Shown here in pieces: positions 30,244 through 40,543 of a stretch of DNA of 64,000 nucleotides. Origin of the DNA: Planctomycetota bacterium (GTDB lineage: Bacteria; Planctomycetota; PLA2; JAEUHO01); assembly GCA_965223505.1 (NCBI GenBank), contig CBDCWP010000039.1, positions 209,854 through 273,853 on the forward strand, read 5' to 3'. The position numbers and the translations under genes are program-made. Numbering within the stretch: position 1 is the stretch's first letter; every line of letters begins with the position of its first letter. The notes under the pieces were generated by a model, which did no database searches, had not been told where the DNA came from, and saw only the letters and a program-made list of their open reading frames with translations.

Positions 30244-32397
30244 CTAGGTGGCAACCACCCAGGTCGTGAAGCGCCCGGCGACGCTGGCAGACGGCCTCTT
30301 GTCTGTGTCCCAGCCGTTCTCGCCAAAGATCGATGTCATGGCTTGCGGCACGAGCCTATAGGCGACGTCATCTCGGTCCTCCATGACGTCGGGCAACTCC
30401 TCCTTGATCCTCTCCAAGACGCCGCGCCACGGGACCCCTCGCTCCCTGATCCGCTCGATGAATGCTTCATCTTCCTGAACTGCGCGAATTGCGGCTGACT
30501 GATAGGTGGCAAGTGCGTCTTCGGGTTCATCGGCATCGGCGAACGGGTCTTCGTCGGGCTCAGCGCTAGGGGGCTCCGCAGGTTCCACAGGTTCCCCGGA
30601 CACCTGAGGCACTGGCGCCTCGGCTGGAGCAGGGGCTGACCGCTTCGAGGCGAGTGCGCTCGCGAACCTCTGTTCGAGCTTTACCGCAGCGGTCTCGACA
30701 GCGCCCATCTCGTAGTTCGGGTCTCGTGTTTCGTAGAGGCCCTCGAACAGCATCACCCTAAGAGGAATCGGATAGCTCTTCCCTCCCACGCTGCTCCAGA
30801 AGACGCCATGTCCTGGAATCGGCTCGTTCAGAAGCGAAGACAGTATGTCGTTGCTGAAGTGCGCATTTGCCTTCCGAACCGCTTGAAGATCACCGGCTGA
30901 CAGCAGATGGAAGATGAACCAGTTGTCCCCCTGGCTCAGGATTTCGTGCGTAATCGCGCCCGGCTGCTGGGTGATCAACACTGCTCCTAGGTCGTACTTG
31001 CGTCCCTCCTTGACCCACTCTACGTATGGCCCCTCGCCAGAGCTTCCGCGCGATCCCAAGACCGACTGCGCCTCCTCCACGACAGCGATCACCGGCACAG
31101 TCTGGGGATCCGCCTTCGTGAATTCTTGCTGGTTTCGATCGAAGATCCGGCGCAGGATCAAGCCAGACAGCACAAGGGCTGGAGTCCCGCGCATTTGAGA
31201 GACATCGACGATGCAGATGCAGCCCTGTGCTAGGGCCGCGAAGAGCATGTCGATCAACTGGCTGCTTGGATCGTGGAGCATTCGCACGACAGTTGTCATG
31301 TTGGCTCTCGCCGCGACCATTTCCGCGTCTTGACCATCCTCCAAGCGCATGAGGCGCCTGACAGTGTTCCCGTCAGCACCATTGCCGTCGCGATGTATGA
31401 GATCTACTAGCTCCTTCCAATCCGCGTCGTTCAGCCCTTTCAACTTCCGGACGTTCTGCTGCTCCTGTTTTTCGGGCGTGAGTGCGATGGAGAGCACATC
31501 ACTGGGACGGAGTCGGCGGATGTCCAGTCGGATGTCGCCAGCAACGAACGACTGGTAGAACGGACTAGGTCCACTCTTTGGAGTGAAGACTACTACTCGG
31601 TCCTCCAGCGCCGGAACGTCACAGAGCCCCGGCCGGTTCTTGTCGTCCGGCCAGAAGTACTCCCCATCCGGATCGAAGATCAAGGTCCCGACGGGTACCT
31701 CCCGCCCTCCACGTTTGGGAACCGTCGGCGTATCCGCGTAGAGGTCAGCGAACAGCAGCTTGACGAGATTCGACTTGCCGAAGCCTGCGCGCGCAAACAC
31801 GAGTGTGCGACGGGCCACGAGGTGCGACACTTCGAATCGGGGAACGACGCAAGGTGCCTTGATCTGCATCCAAGGCTGCGACTCGAATCGCGAATCGCCC
31901 GATGCGTAGACGAACTCGCCCAGCGCAAGGTGTCCAAGCTCGGCGGCACCGGCTGAGTTGTGACCAGCTACTTCTTGCAGCACGTCGTCCGGAAGGAAGC
32001 CAACCTTGCTGCCGACGTGCGGCAACCGACGATGCGATGCCGCAAAGATCAGGTTGCCGTTCTCCACGCGCAGGACACCGAGAACTCGCATGTTGATCCG
32101 GTACTTGAGGTACTGCTCGCGTAGATCCTCCGGTACGACGCGCTCCTCTGAGACGGCCCGAATCCCGTAGTCCTCTCCAGCGGGAGATGCGAGTCGGCCT
32201 TGGGACGCGATCGAAGTGATGCGTCCCAGCACAGCCTCCTCATCGTGCTCCAACTGGACAAGAAGGAACTGCCCGTGCATCGGGATGCTCTGGAATTCGC
32301 TCCGATACGGCAGAATGAGGTCAGCGTGAAACTCCATGCCTCCTTCGCTGAATCCCCTGAAGATCCCGACGGTCGTCGCACGGGTAAATAGATTCAC
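30244..32397 (-). CDS. HerA/FtsK-like P-loop ATPase (DUF87 / HerA helicase family).
   Basis: Walker A FARAGFGKSNL, Walker B CICIVDVSQ, and the conserved ITQQPGAI...LSQGDNWFIFHLLSAGD block. GTG start overlaps the NurA-like stop (GTGA). Confidence 0.75.
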   Translation of the reverse strand: MNLFTRATTVGIFRGFSEGGMEFHADLILPYRSEFQSIPMHGQFLLVQLEHDEEAVLGRITSIASQGRLASPAGEDYGIRAVSEERVVPEDLREQYLKYRINMRVLGVLRVENGNLIFAASHRRLPHVGSKVGFLPDDVLQEVAGHNSAGAAELGHLALGEFVYASGDSRFESQPWMQIKAPCVVPRFEVSHLVARRTLVFARAGFGKSNLVKLLFADLYADTPTVPKRGGREVPVGTLIFDPDGEYFWPDDKNRPGLCDVPALEDRVVVFTPKSGPSPFYQSFVAGDIRLDIRRLRPSDVLSIALTPEKQEQQNVRKLKGLNDADWKELVDLIHRDGNGADGNTVRRLMRLEDGQDAEMVAARANMTTVVRMLHDPSSQLIDMLFAALAQGCICIVDVSQMRGTPALVLSGLILRRIFDRNQQEFTKADPQTVPVIAVVEEAQSVLGSRGSSGEGPYVEWVKEGRKYDLGAVLITQQPGAITHEILSQGDNWFIFHLLSAGDLQAVRKANAHFSNDILSSLLNEPIPGHGVFWSSVGGKSYPIPLRVMLFEGLYETRDPNYEMGAVETAAVKLEQRFASALASKRSAPAPAEAPVPQVSGEPVEPAEPPSAEPDEDPFADADEPEDALATYQSAAIRAVQEDEAFIERIRERGVPWRGVLERIKEELPDVMEDRDDVAYRLVPQAMTSIFGENGWDTDKRPSASVAGRFTTWVVAT

Positions 32398-33557
32398 GAG
32401 TACCTCCGCCCCGACACATCGCTCTTCAACTGAATGCCCTCGAAGAGTTCGCGCTCCTCATCGCCGAGGAGACTGCGGACGGCGCCAGACACTTCGTCCT
32501 GGAGTATGTCGAGGTCGAAGTCCACCACCTCTGCGTGCTCGTGTGCCTTCTGAAGGCATCGCGGGTAGAGCGGAACTGGAAACCCGTCCGTGGCATCCGC
32601 CAGCAGATAGGCGAACACCTCGGCGGCGCTGCCCGACTGGCTACTCAGGAGATCGACGGGCCAGATCGGATCGCCATCGCGTTCACCAAACCTCACGAGG
32701 TACATATCCCCTGCCACGAACTTTGGCGCTTCTCCCGCCGCCCCTTCTTCTTCGCTGCCGCGAGCGTACTCGGGCCAGACGTACGCCTTCGCCTCGATCG
32801 CACGCGGGACGCGCACGTACCGAGGGGATCCCGCTGCAAGCACCTTCTCCAGGGCCAGAGCCAAGCCGTACCGCACCAGCACCTTGCTGTGTTTGGCCAA
32901 GCCGACAAGGAACACGCGCCGCCTGTGGTCTGCGTGAATCCGCTCGATGGCAGATTCGATTCGGCGCCGGAAGTCGATGAACAACTCTCCTCGGAATACT
33001 TTGCTCCGCAACAGCCCGTCCCGGACCATGAGGGTGTCGGTCGCAAACTCGCGGTAGCAGATCCGCTCGTAGAGTGCCGCCCACTCACACAGGTCACGGT
33101 AGACGAGCACCCACGATGGCGAGATTGAGTGCGGCTCTTCCCGCACCCGCCTGCCTGAGGGGATCATGTGGCTGAGCCGCGTGAGGGTCCTCGGCTCGCT
33201 CAAGAGATCAGCCATGAGCGTGCCCAGAGCGGTCTGGGGTTCCCCATGTTCATCAAACTGGGCGCGGCTCAGCGCATCCGTATCCGTGGTCGGCGTGACG
33301 GCGTCGAGGCACAACTGCTCACCGTACGAATCGACGACTCTCACGAGTTGCACGTGAAAGGGATCGAACACCAGTTTGTTGTTTCCGCCGTCGCTTGCAA
33401 CAAGCGACACAGATGTCGTCGTTCGAGGTCGGATAGTGCGAGCTTCTGGCCGCAATACGCGAACGTCCGCCCGAAGCTCATCGAGAATCCGCCTGTCCCT
33501 AACTGTGGCGTTGCGAATCGCCGCGCGCAGGCCAGGAAGTTCGGCAGGGTCAAACAT
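32394..33557 (-). CDS. NurA-like nuclease, the predicted partner of the HerA-like ATPase.
   Basis: …SLVASDGGNNKL… resembles the NurA xxDGS catalytic motif. Position between the MTase and HerA supports the call. The assignment is from memory, not a profile search. Confidence 0.5.
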   Translation of the reverse strand: MFDPAELPGLRAAIRNATVRDRRILDELRADVRVLRPEARTIRPRTTTSVSLVASDGGNNKLVFDPFHVQLVRVVDSYGEQLCLDAVTPTTDTDALSRAQFDEHGEPQTALGTLMADLLSEPRTLTRLSHMIPSGRRVREEPHSISPSWVLVYRDLCEWAALYERICYREFATDTLMVRDGLLRSKVFRGELFIDFRRRIESAIERIHADHRRRVFLVGLAKHSKVLVRYGLALALEKVLAAGSPRYVRVPRAIEAKAYVWPEYARGSEEEGAAGEAPKFVAGDMYLVRFGERDGDPIWPVDLLSSQSGSAAEVFAYLLADATDGFPVPLYPRCLQKAHEHAEVVDFDLDILQDEVSGAVRSLLGDEERELFEGIQLKSDVSGRRYS

Positions 33558-34640
33558 GCCAGCCCCTCCACTTTGCGGTCACATCGATCTCACGCACGGG
33601 GTCGCTCGCGGAGGCAGAAAACTGCCTCGATTGGCGCTTGCCACTTGACGCGGAGCCTGCGTCACGAACCGAGGTGACCCTCCATCGCCCACCGACTCCA
33701 CGAAGCGACTCTCGGATCATCTCCTCAGGGTCAACAGGGAGACAGGGCAAGCAGCCGAATCTCACTACGAGCGTGGCATTCCGGGCACACACACCCGCAA
33801 CATTCTTCCAGACCGTGCGTAGCTCCCTCACGAACTCCGCCTCGGTGTGCTGGAGTTGAGCGTCCTGTGCGTAGTCCACTCGTGGCGGGCCTCCCAGGAA
33901 CCAGTTCCTTAGCCACTGATCTGGGACGTATGTGCGCATGCCGAAGTAGGGAGGCGACGTCACTACCCAATCGAACTGTGTGCTCATGCTCGCCGCAAGC
34001 TCAGTAGTCCTAGCGTCCGCCTGCACAACAGCACCTCTTGTCGGTGCCGGTAGGCTCTCCAAGCAGAAGCGCGCCCGACGCGAAATGGCGTCGAGAACAT
34101 CTACCCTCGGCGGACGAGATAGAGCATTCCGCCCCCAGTAGCCCAGCGCAGGTCCTGGCTTTGTGGCGTACGTCCTTGGCATCTGATTCGAGAGGTACGT
34201 CGGTAGTCCCTTGTTCATCGGGCCGTGGAGGATGCCCAAGACGAGCGCTCTCAAGATGACGTCTGTCTGCGTGCGCACGCCCTCCAGGAAGGCGTCACGG
34301 AGCCTGCAAATGTCTCGCAAGGTCGATGGCGCGTAGCAGCTTCGCCAGAACTTCCCGGTCGGCGTGGAGCCTGGGACCCGATCGTTGATCAACTCGACTG
34401 CGCGATCAACGACGTCATCTGGCGTTGCTGACGCCAGCTTTGCCGCAGCAACGGCGGCGGCGACTGGGCTACTATCGATGCCAACGGTGGGCAGTCCGAG
34501 TAGGCGCGCGGCAAACGTCGTCGTCCCCCGGCCACAGAACGGATCCAACACCCACTGTCCCGGAGTAGCTCTCTCTAGCGCGGACAGGGGGAACTCCACT
34601 GGGAACATCGTGTAGTAAGGGCATATCGTGTGAAGGCGCA
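33550..34640 (-). CDS. DNA methyltransferase of the N4/N6 (PF01555-like) type.
   Basis: Motif I-like WVLDPFCGRGTTTFAARLLG and motif IV SPPY (…VVTSPPYFGM…). The stop overlaps the NurA-like start by 8 nt. The alternative upstream start at 34755 has no SD. Confidence 0.75.
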
Positions 34641-35033
34641 TCGACTTGCCGCTCGTCGTCGGTGCAGACGATGGCGGCCTAGGTGTCACCCGCCGCCTAA
34701 ATGCAACGGGGCGAGCCGAGGACCGTGCTTCGGAGAATGTGACACCGTCAACCAAACCAGCAGACCTCTCACGCCACGATTACGACCGACTCCACGCCCT
34801 TCACGTGGCGCACAAGCATATTGGCGCCGTCGGACTGCGGCATAGCCCCGAAGTCAACCGCCAGACGCCTGACAGTTCAGGGATTCATGATCCCCTTCGA
34901 AGTGCTGGCGCGCTCGCCGGACCGGATCGCTCGCCAGCCCCAAGAACTGGCCACTTCAGGAGAATCTGAGAAACATCGCCGTGCCGTCCTGGAGGCCCGC
35001 ATTTGACCTCGTGGCGCCAAAGGACGCCGCGAC

Positions 35034-35264
35034 ATGCCCAAGAACAACCCCAAGCAGGACCCGGACGGGCTCTTCACCCTGGAGAGAGCCGCCGCGTACC
35101 TCACCATCTCCCAGAGGACCCTTCGCTCGCATCGACAACTGGGACTGATCCCCGTCGTCCAGGTCAGCAAGCGCCGAATCGCTTTCGACAAGGCCGATCT
35201 CGACGCCTACCGCGAGCAGCAAAAGCAGCGCGGCCCACGCCGTCGCTTCGGGAGGCGGTCATGA
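35034..35264 (+). CDS. Excisionase/AlpA-like HTH DNA-binding protein.
   Basis: …LFTLERAAAYLTISQRTLRSHRQLGLIPVVQVSKRRIAFDKADLDAY… The stop overlaps the integrase ATG (ATGA). Confidence 0.65.
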   Translation: MPKNNPKQDPDGLFTLERAAAYLTISQRTLRSHRQLGLIPVVQVSKRRIAFDKADLDAYREQQKQRGPRRRFGRRS

Positions 35265-36697
35265 TTCCGCCTCGGGGACTTGGCCAAAGTGGGAATCGTG
35301 GCCAACTGGGGGACGCGATGACCAACGCATCTCCTCGACTCCCGCTCGCCGGTGTGATCGAAGCGCGCGCCGCCTCCGTGCCCAAGAAGAAGATCAAGCG
35401 CAGGCCCAAGGCTCCCACCGGCCTCTACCGACCCCCGTACGTCTGCAAGAAGTGCGACGTCTGCGTCCGGCGGAAGGCGAAGCAGGCCAAGAAGGGCGAG
35501 CGCTGCCTGGAACCGAAGAGGGTGAGGACCTGGTGGTACCGCAAGTCGATTCGCGGAGTCCGCCGCAAGCCAGTAAGCACAGGCTGCACGGATCTCCGCA
35601 ACGCCATCGAGGTCGCGGCCCAGCTACGCGATGAGTGGGAACGGCAAGCAGTCGGGCTCAAGCGCCGTGGCCGCATGAGCATCGAGGAGGCCAAGGAGGG
35701 CTTCCGTAAGTACCTCACGACGCAGAAGGGCAGCCCCCAGTACATCGACACGCAGATGGGTTACTTGGACGAAGTGCTCATCGCCGCCGGGATCCGCTTC
35801 GTAGACGAACTCGACGAGGGGGTCTTTGCTGACTGGCTTCCGATCGCCAAGAAGAAGAGGCTTCGGGCTCGCGGGAAGAACGTACGCCTCTACCCCCTCA
35901 AGCGCCTGGGAGAGTGGCTGCTCAAGAAGGGCGAGTGCATCGATCCCTTCGCGCTGCTTGTGCCCTACGACGAGGAGAAGGACCGCGCCCACGTCCGACG
36001 GGCCATGTGGCCGGGAGAGTGCGCTCGGTTCCTGAAAGCCGTGAGGACACGTCAGATCGAGCGGGCTCGGGAGTACCGGGTGCGCGCGGGTCTCTCGCGT
36101 GGGGCCATGATCAAGATGCGGCGTGAGGGCCGAGTCCGGGCGCTGGTCTACAACACGGTGGCCCAGACGGGGCTGCGGCGCAAGGAGACGCGGCTGCTCC
36201 TGATCAAGAACGTGGACTTCGACGCCGGGGTCATCTGGATCCCCCAAGGCGTGGCGAAGTCCAGACACGAGCAGTACGTGCGGCTCAACAGCGATCTGGC
36301 TCGGCGCCTGAAGTCATACCTCCGGACGCTCGGTGATGTGTCCGACGAATCGCCCCTCTTCCCAGCGACCAGGACGCACTCGGGCAAGCGCGCGCCGAAG
36401 TCGGCCGTCCCCACGATCAAGACGTTCGACAAGGACCTGGAGGCTGCGGGCCTGCCTAAGAAGGACGCCCGCGACCGCGTCCTGGACTTCCACGCCCTCC
36501 GGATGACCTACATTACGCACCTTCGTGTAGCGGGCGTCGAGCTAGGAATGGCGAAGCGGTTGGCCCGACACTCCGACATCAAATTGACCGAGGACATCTA
36601 CACGGACTTCGACCTGATGGCTGGGCCGGAGCGCGAGGCCGCCGAGATGCTGGTGCCGGAGCGGCGGCGGCAGCGGTTCGTGCCGGAGGTGAGGTAG
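35261..36697 (+). CDS. Tyrosine recombinase/phage-type integrase, full length.
   Basis: GGAGG lies 5 nt before the ATG. The catalytic box is …FHALRMTYITHLRVAGVELGMAKRLARHSDIKLTEDIYTD… (R…H..R…Y). Confidence 0.8.
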   Translation: MIPPRGLGQSGNRGQLGDAMTNASPRLPLAGVIEARAASVPKKKIKRRPKAPTGLYRPPYVCKKCDVCVRRKAKQAKKGERCLEPKRVRTWWYRKSIRGVRRKPVSTGCTDLRNAIEVAAQLRDEWERQAVGLKRRGRMSIEEAKEGFRKYLTTQKGSPQYIDTQMGYLDEVLIAAGIRFVDELDEGVFADWLPIAKKKRLRARGKNVRLYPLKRLGEWLLKKGECIDPFALLVPYDEEKDRAHVRRAMWPGECARFLKAVRTRQIERAREYRVRAGLSRGAMIKMRREGRVRALVYNTVAQTGLRRKETRLLLIKNVDFDAGVIWIPQGVAKSRHEQYVRLNSDLARRLKSYLRTLGDVSDESPLFPATRTHSGKRAPKSAVPTIKTFDKDLEAAGLPKKDARDRVLDFHALRMTYITHLRVAGVELGMAKRLARHSDIKLTEDIYTDFDLMAGPEREAAEMLVPERRRQRFVPEVR

Positions 36698-36719
36698 GAG
36701 GCCGAAGACGGACTCTCCG

Positions 36720-37358
36720 TCAGTCTGCTGGACCGTCTTCCGCATCCGCGTGTGGATCTTCAGACTTCGTTTGCGCCTCGAAGGCACTGAGGGCGATTCG
36801 AGTGTGTGCGTTCGGATCCTCGGCGGGCCGATCGTCAGCGTCTTCATCAGAGAGGACTCCCACCTTCTCGACGATGGCCTCGAAGATCAGGTAGTTGTGG
36901 CCCTTGACGGTCTCCAGATCAATGTGCGCAAATTCAGGGTCAGCGCCGATCTCCATCTTGGTCCGATACTGGCTCAGCCTGTAGAGCGCCCGCTCAGCGT
37001 TGATCCACAGATCCCGATGGTCCGTGGGGTGGAGACGGGCGAGCCGGTCAACTACGTCATGGGCGATGACGTTCCTGTGCGCTCGCAGTGCCTGGATGGC
37101 ATCGAAATCTTGGTCGTTGATGGCCTCCATGAAGTCGCGCAAGTACATGAGGCACGCCTCGAACTCGTTCTTGTGCCGCGACTTCACATCATCATCGTAG
37201 TTCTTGAAGGGGCCGCCGGTGAACGTGACGTCCTCGTAGAAGAACTTAATCGGGCGAACGATCATGCTCGTCATCAACTCGTTCGCCACGAGGACGAACC
37301 CCGCGTACGTGAGCGCACGCGAGAGTCGCTCGGGGGGGAGGTCCTTGACGTGCTCCAT
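36720..37358 (-). CDS. Hypothetical protein of 212 aa.
   Basis: Balanced composition; no family recognised. Confidence 0.5.
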   Translation of the reverse strand: MEHVKDLPPERLSRALTYAGFVLVANELMTSMIVRPIKFFYEDVTFTGGPFKNYDDDVKSRHKNEFEACLMYLRDFMEAINDQDFDAIQALRAHRNVIAHDVVDRLARLHPTDHRDLWINAERALYRLSQYRTKMEIGADPEFAHIDLETVKGHNYLIFEAIVEKVGVLSDEDADDRPAEDPNAHTRIALSAFEAQTKSEDPHADAEDGPAD

Positions 37359-37380
37359 TTACAGGTCTCCTGCTGACCGG

Positions 37381-38080
37381 TTAGTTGCCCTCAGCTACGC
37401 CCAGCACCTTCCGAACGTGCTGAGCTTTCACGTCGTAGGTGTAGTCCGCCGCCGAGAGCAGTGACCTTGCCTGCCCAGCGATCTCGCCCCCCGCCAAGTC
37501 CAGGAAGCGAGGTACCGCAACCATGCGGCCTTGGTTCTTCACCGCCTTGATTGCCGGGATGAAATCGGCATCGCCGGAGACGACAACGGCGATTTCGTAG
37601 ATCGGAGCAAGTGTCACCATCTCGACGGCCATGGCAACGTCAAGCCCCTTCTCCTTGCCCCACGTTTCGTCGCTCGCTTTGAAGAAGCGGTGCCCGACGG
37701 GCCGGAACTCGATGTACGGACATGAACGCTCGATCTCCCGGATGTGGTTGCGAGCCTTCACCCACAGTTTCCCTGCTTTGTCTCTAAGGTCGTCTCGCCG
37801 ATCCTCCGCAAGATCCCAGTGGCCCTGAAGTTCGAAACCCTCGGGGATGTACCAGTAGCAGCGAACGAGGTGCGCGGGGGAATACTGCCAAGCACTGTCA
37901 GCCAGCATCTGCCAGAGCGTTGTCCAGTAGTACTCCGACGGCCAGGGATCACCTGCTGGATCGAAGCTGGATACGATCTGCGCGAACAGATTCCGGAAGT
38001 TCGTGCTGTCTACGAACACGCATGTGCGGGGCTTCTGGGGCGGCCCGCCTGTCCCTTGGGGCGGGAAGCCTGCTCCAGCC
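37381..38080 (-). CDS. NYN-domain (PIN-like) putative RNase.
   Basis: …CVFVDSTNF…GLDVAMAVEM…IAVVVSGDADFIPAIKAVKNQGRMV… matches the NYN signature as I recall it. Confidence 0.65.
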
Positions 38081-38289
38081 ATGGGATCCTCCAGGGAACG
38101 CGCCGCGACGATTAGCAGTTCCCGTGGCGCTTGGCCCAGCACTGTACTCGGGTCTACCCCGGCTGCGGTTGCCCCGAGCGCGAGGCGGCCGAGATGTTCG
38201 TGCCGGAGCGGCGGCGGCAGCGGTTCGTGCCGGAGGCGCGGTAGGGGCTACGACTGCATCTCCTGCCGCAGAACAGACGGGCTATCGGG

Positions 38290-38958
38290 TTAGGCGTCCG
38301 CGTCCTCACCCGGGTGGAACGGCCGCTCCTCTGCGATCGTGAGCGGTGGGAGGTCCTTCTGGCAGATGTGCATGCTGTCGCCCTCTTGCCTGCTCCATTG
38401 GCCGGTTCTGAGGGACACGACGAAGTTAACGTAGTCAACCGTCGGCGATAGCTGCGCAGGGAGTTCCGACATCAGGGCTTCGAGATCACGATACGTACCC
38501 AGGAACTCCTGCTCGTCGAGGCTCCAGTCCATGTGAGCGCTGATCTTGTTGCGCACCTGCTTGAGCGCTCCCATGTGCAGATCGGCGGCCTTCGTGAGGT
38601 CGTAGAGCGCCGTCTCGCGCTCGATGTCCTTCTCGGCTTGCCCGCGCCATCCCACCGACTGGAACCACTGGTGGAACTTCTTGACCGAGTCCAAGAGGGA
38701 GTAGGCCGCGACGACGAGCGCCTTCTTGACCGCGACAAGTTGGCTCGCATCAGTCTGGCCGTTGGCCACCGCGATCATGGCGGAGACATCCTCTGTCGCG
38801 ATGGCGAGACGGTGGAGGCGACGGGCGTTCTTGTCGATCGGCTGCCAGAACGATGGCCCCGGGCGATGCACGGGGTGGAAGTAAGGCACGCCGCCAAGCG
38901 CACCGCCTGAGTCGTGAGGTGAGGCTCGCATAGCGCGGCCCAAGGTAGCGCTCCGCAC
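38290..38958 (-). CDS. Hypothetical protein; the start is ambiguous (GTG at 38958 or ATG at 38931).
   Basis: ORF with protein-like composition from about residue 30 onward. Confidence 0.45.
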   Translation of the reverse strand: MRSATLGRAMRASPHDSGGALGGVPYFHPVHRPGPSFWQPIDKNARRLHRLAIATEDVSAMIAVANGQTDASQLVAVKKALVVAAYSLLDSVKKFHQWFQSVGWRGQAEKDIERETALYDLTKAADLHMGALKQVRNKISAHMDWSLDEQEFLGTYRDLEALMSELPAQLSPTVDYVNFVVSLRTGQWSRQEGDSMHICQKDLPPLTIAEERPFHPGEDADA

Positions 38959-38991
38959 CGACCGGGCGTCGAGCGCCCACCATCGGGGGAC

Positions 38992-39743
38992 TTACGACAG
39001 CCGCCGCCGCAGCGCCGGAGGCGCGTCCTCCCTGGCCTCGGGACCGCGCCAGACCTCCTCGAAGTCGCGCTCGCCCATGGCCCACCGGATGTCAGCCGGG
39101 CCACGAAAAAGATCGTCGGGAACAGGGCGAACCGCATGGGGGTTCTCGTAGACGGTGACCCAGGGCAGGGACTCGACAGGATCGGGCTCGCTGGTGACGA
39201 GGTCCAGATACGCCCTTGACCGCATGCCGTCAGCGTCTGCCAGCCGCCGGAGTTCGACAGCGTGCCGCTCCTCGGCCAAGTCACGGATGCCGAGGACGAC
39301 CACAGCCGACACACGGGTGTTCGACCGCTCCGTCAGAATCGCCGGGCGATCGACGGGCCCGCCCCCGAATGCCGCGAGAAGGACGGCGGCGGGAAAGTCG
39401 AACACGGCGTCGGGTCGTCCCGCATTGCACAGGGCGACGTAGCACCCGTGGTCCGTGAACGCCTTGAACTTCTTCAGGGCGTCCTTGATGCGCGACCACG
39501 GCACCTTCGTGTAGTCCAAGGACCCGCCCGGGAGGTGGTCGTAGTTGGTGGGGGCCGGGCAGTCCTTCACTTCGCAGAGGAGGAGGCCGGTGGCGTGCTC
39601 GATGCCGTAGTCCGGCCCGCGATGCTGCTGGCCCGGGGGCGGCGGTGGCAGTCCCGGACGCGGTTCTCGAAGCAGGTCCGGGTACCCGATCGAGTCCATG
39701 TACTCCTCGAAGAGGCGTTCGGAGGGGCGGTCGTTGTTGTCCA
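38992..39743 (-). CDS. Hypothetical protein, the full-length paralog of the truncated gene at 18402-18722.
   Basis: GTG start. The N-terminal ~95 aa are about 85% identical to the 18.4-18.7 kb copy. The protein then continues …FKAFTDHGCYVALCNAGRPD…. Confidence 0.55.
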
Positions 39744-39794
39744 CGGTGGAAGCGTACCGGCTCTGGCCGACGGGTGGAAATGCGACCGCTGGGC

Positions 39795-40154
39795 TCAGGC
39801 GGGCTTGGCTGCATAGACTTGCAGTGCGTAGCACCCCGGCTCTGACGTGCCATCGCACCAGAGACTAAGACTGTTGCTGATCTCCTCGACCTTGGGCGCT
39901 CCGCCAACACACTGCACGAACTCGATGACATCAAGGACGATCTCGGGCCAGGTTCCTCTGTGGTTTGTCTCAAACAGGGAGAGGAAGTACCCGTCGTGGT
40001 GGCGCTCGATCCTCGGAGGGCTCGTTGGCTCTCGGAGACGCTTGAGAAACCCATGCAGAACACGCTCGGCCTTCTGGGGCGTGCGAGCGTCGATGAAGAG
40101 ACGCCATGAGCATGCCACGTCCAAGCGATCAGGGTCACCCACAGATGTCCGCAT
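39795..40154 (-). CDS. Hypothetical protein of 119 aa.
   Basis: ORF with a plausible globular composition. Confidence 0.4.
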   Translation of the reverse strand: MRTSVGDPDRLDVACSWRLFIDARTPQKAERVLHGFLKRLREPTSPPRIERHHDGYFLSLFETNHRGTWPEIVLDVIEFVQCVGGAPKVEEISNSLSLWCDGTSEPGCYALQVYAAKPA

Positions 40155-40543
40155 CCGTCAGCCCCTCCGTAAGGGAGCCACTGACCTGGATCATGTGCCC
40201 CCAGAACAGGTCACCATCGTTGAACCAGAACTCGACCTCTCCTGTGGGGGACACGCTGATGGTCTCGATGATCATCCGCTTTGCGAAGGTGGTCTCTCAC
40301 GACAGGCTCCTGCTGCTTCGCAGCAAGCGCTTCAAGTTCTTCGTCTCCCTCGACTTCACCAGTGATCCTCTTGACGAGGGCGTACAGATCCGGGGCCTGT
40401 AGGAGACCTAGCACCAGCCGTCGCTGCGGGAGAACGAGGCCACGGATCAGCCCTCTGCCTGATCAGGCGGAAACTCGTCAGCCGTTGGCGGGCGCACCGA
40501 GCCGACACGCCTCGGTGCCGAAGCCCCCATCTCCCGGTAGTTC

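Noticed and set aside
34646-35006. Short ORFs between the MTase and Xis (34646-34969 and 34821-35006, plus strand).
   Set aside because: No SD, odd composition, and they lie in a divergent intergenic region. This is more likely a promoter region for xis/int and the MTase operon.
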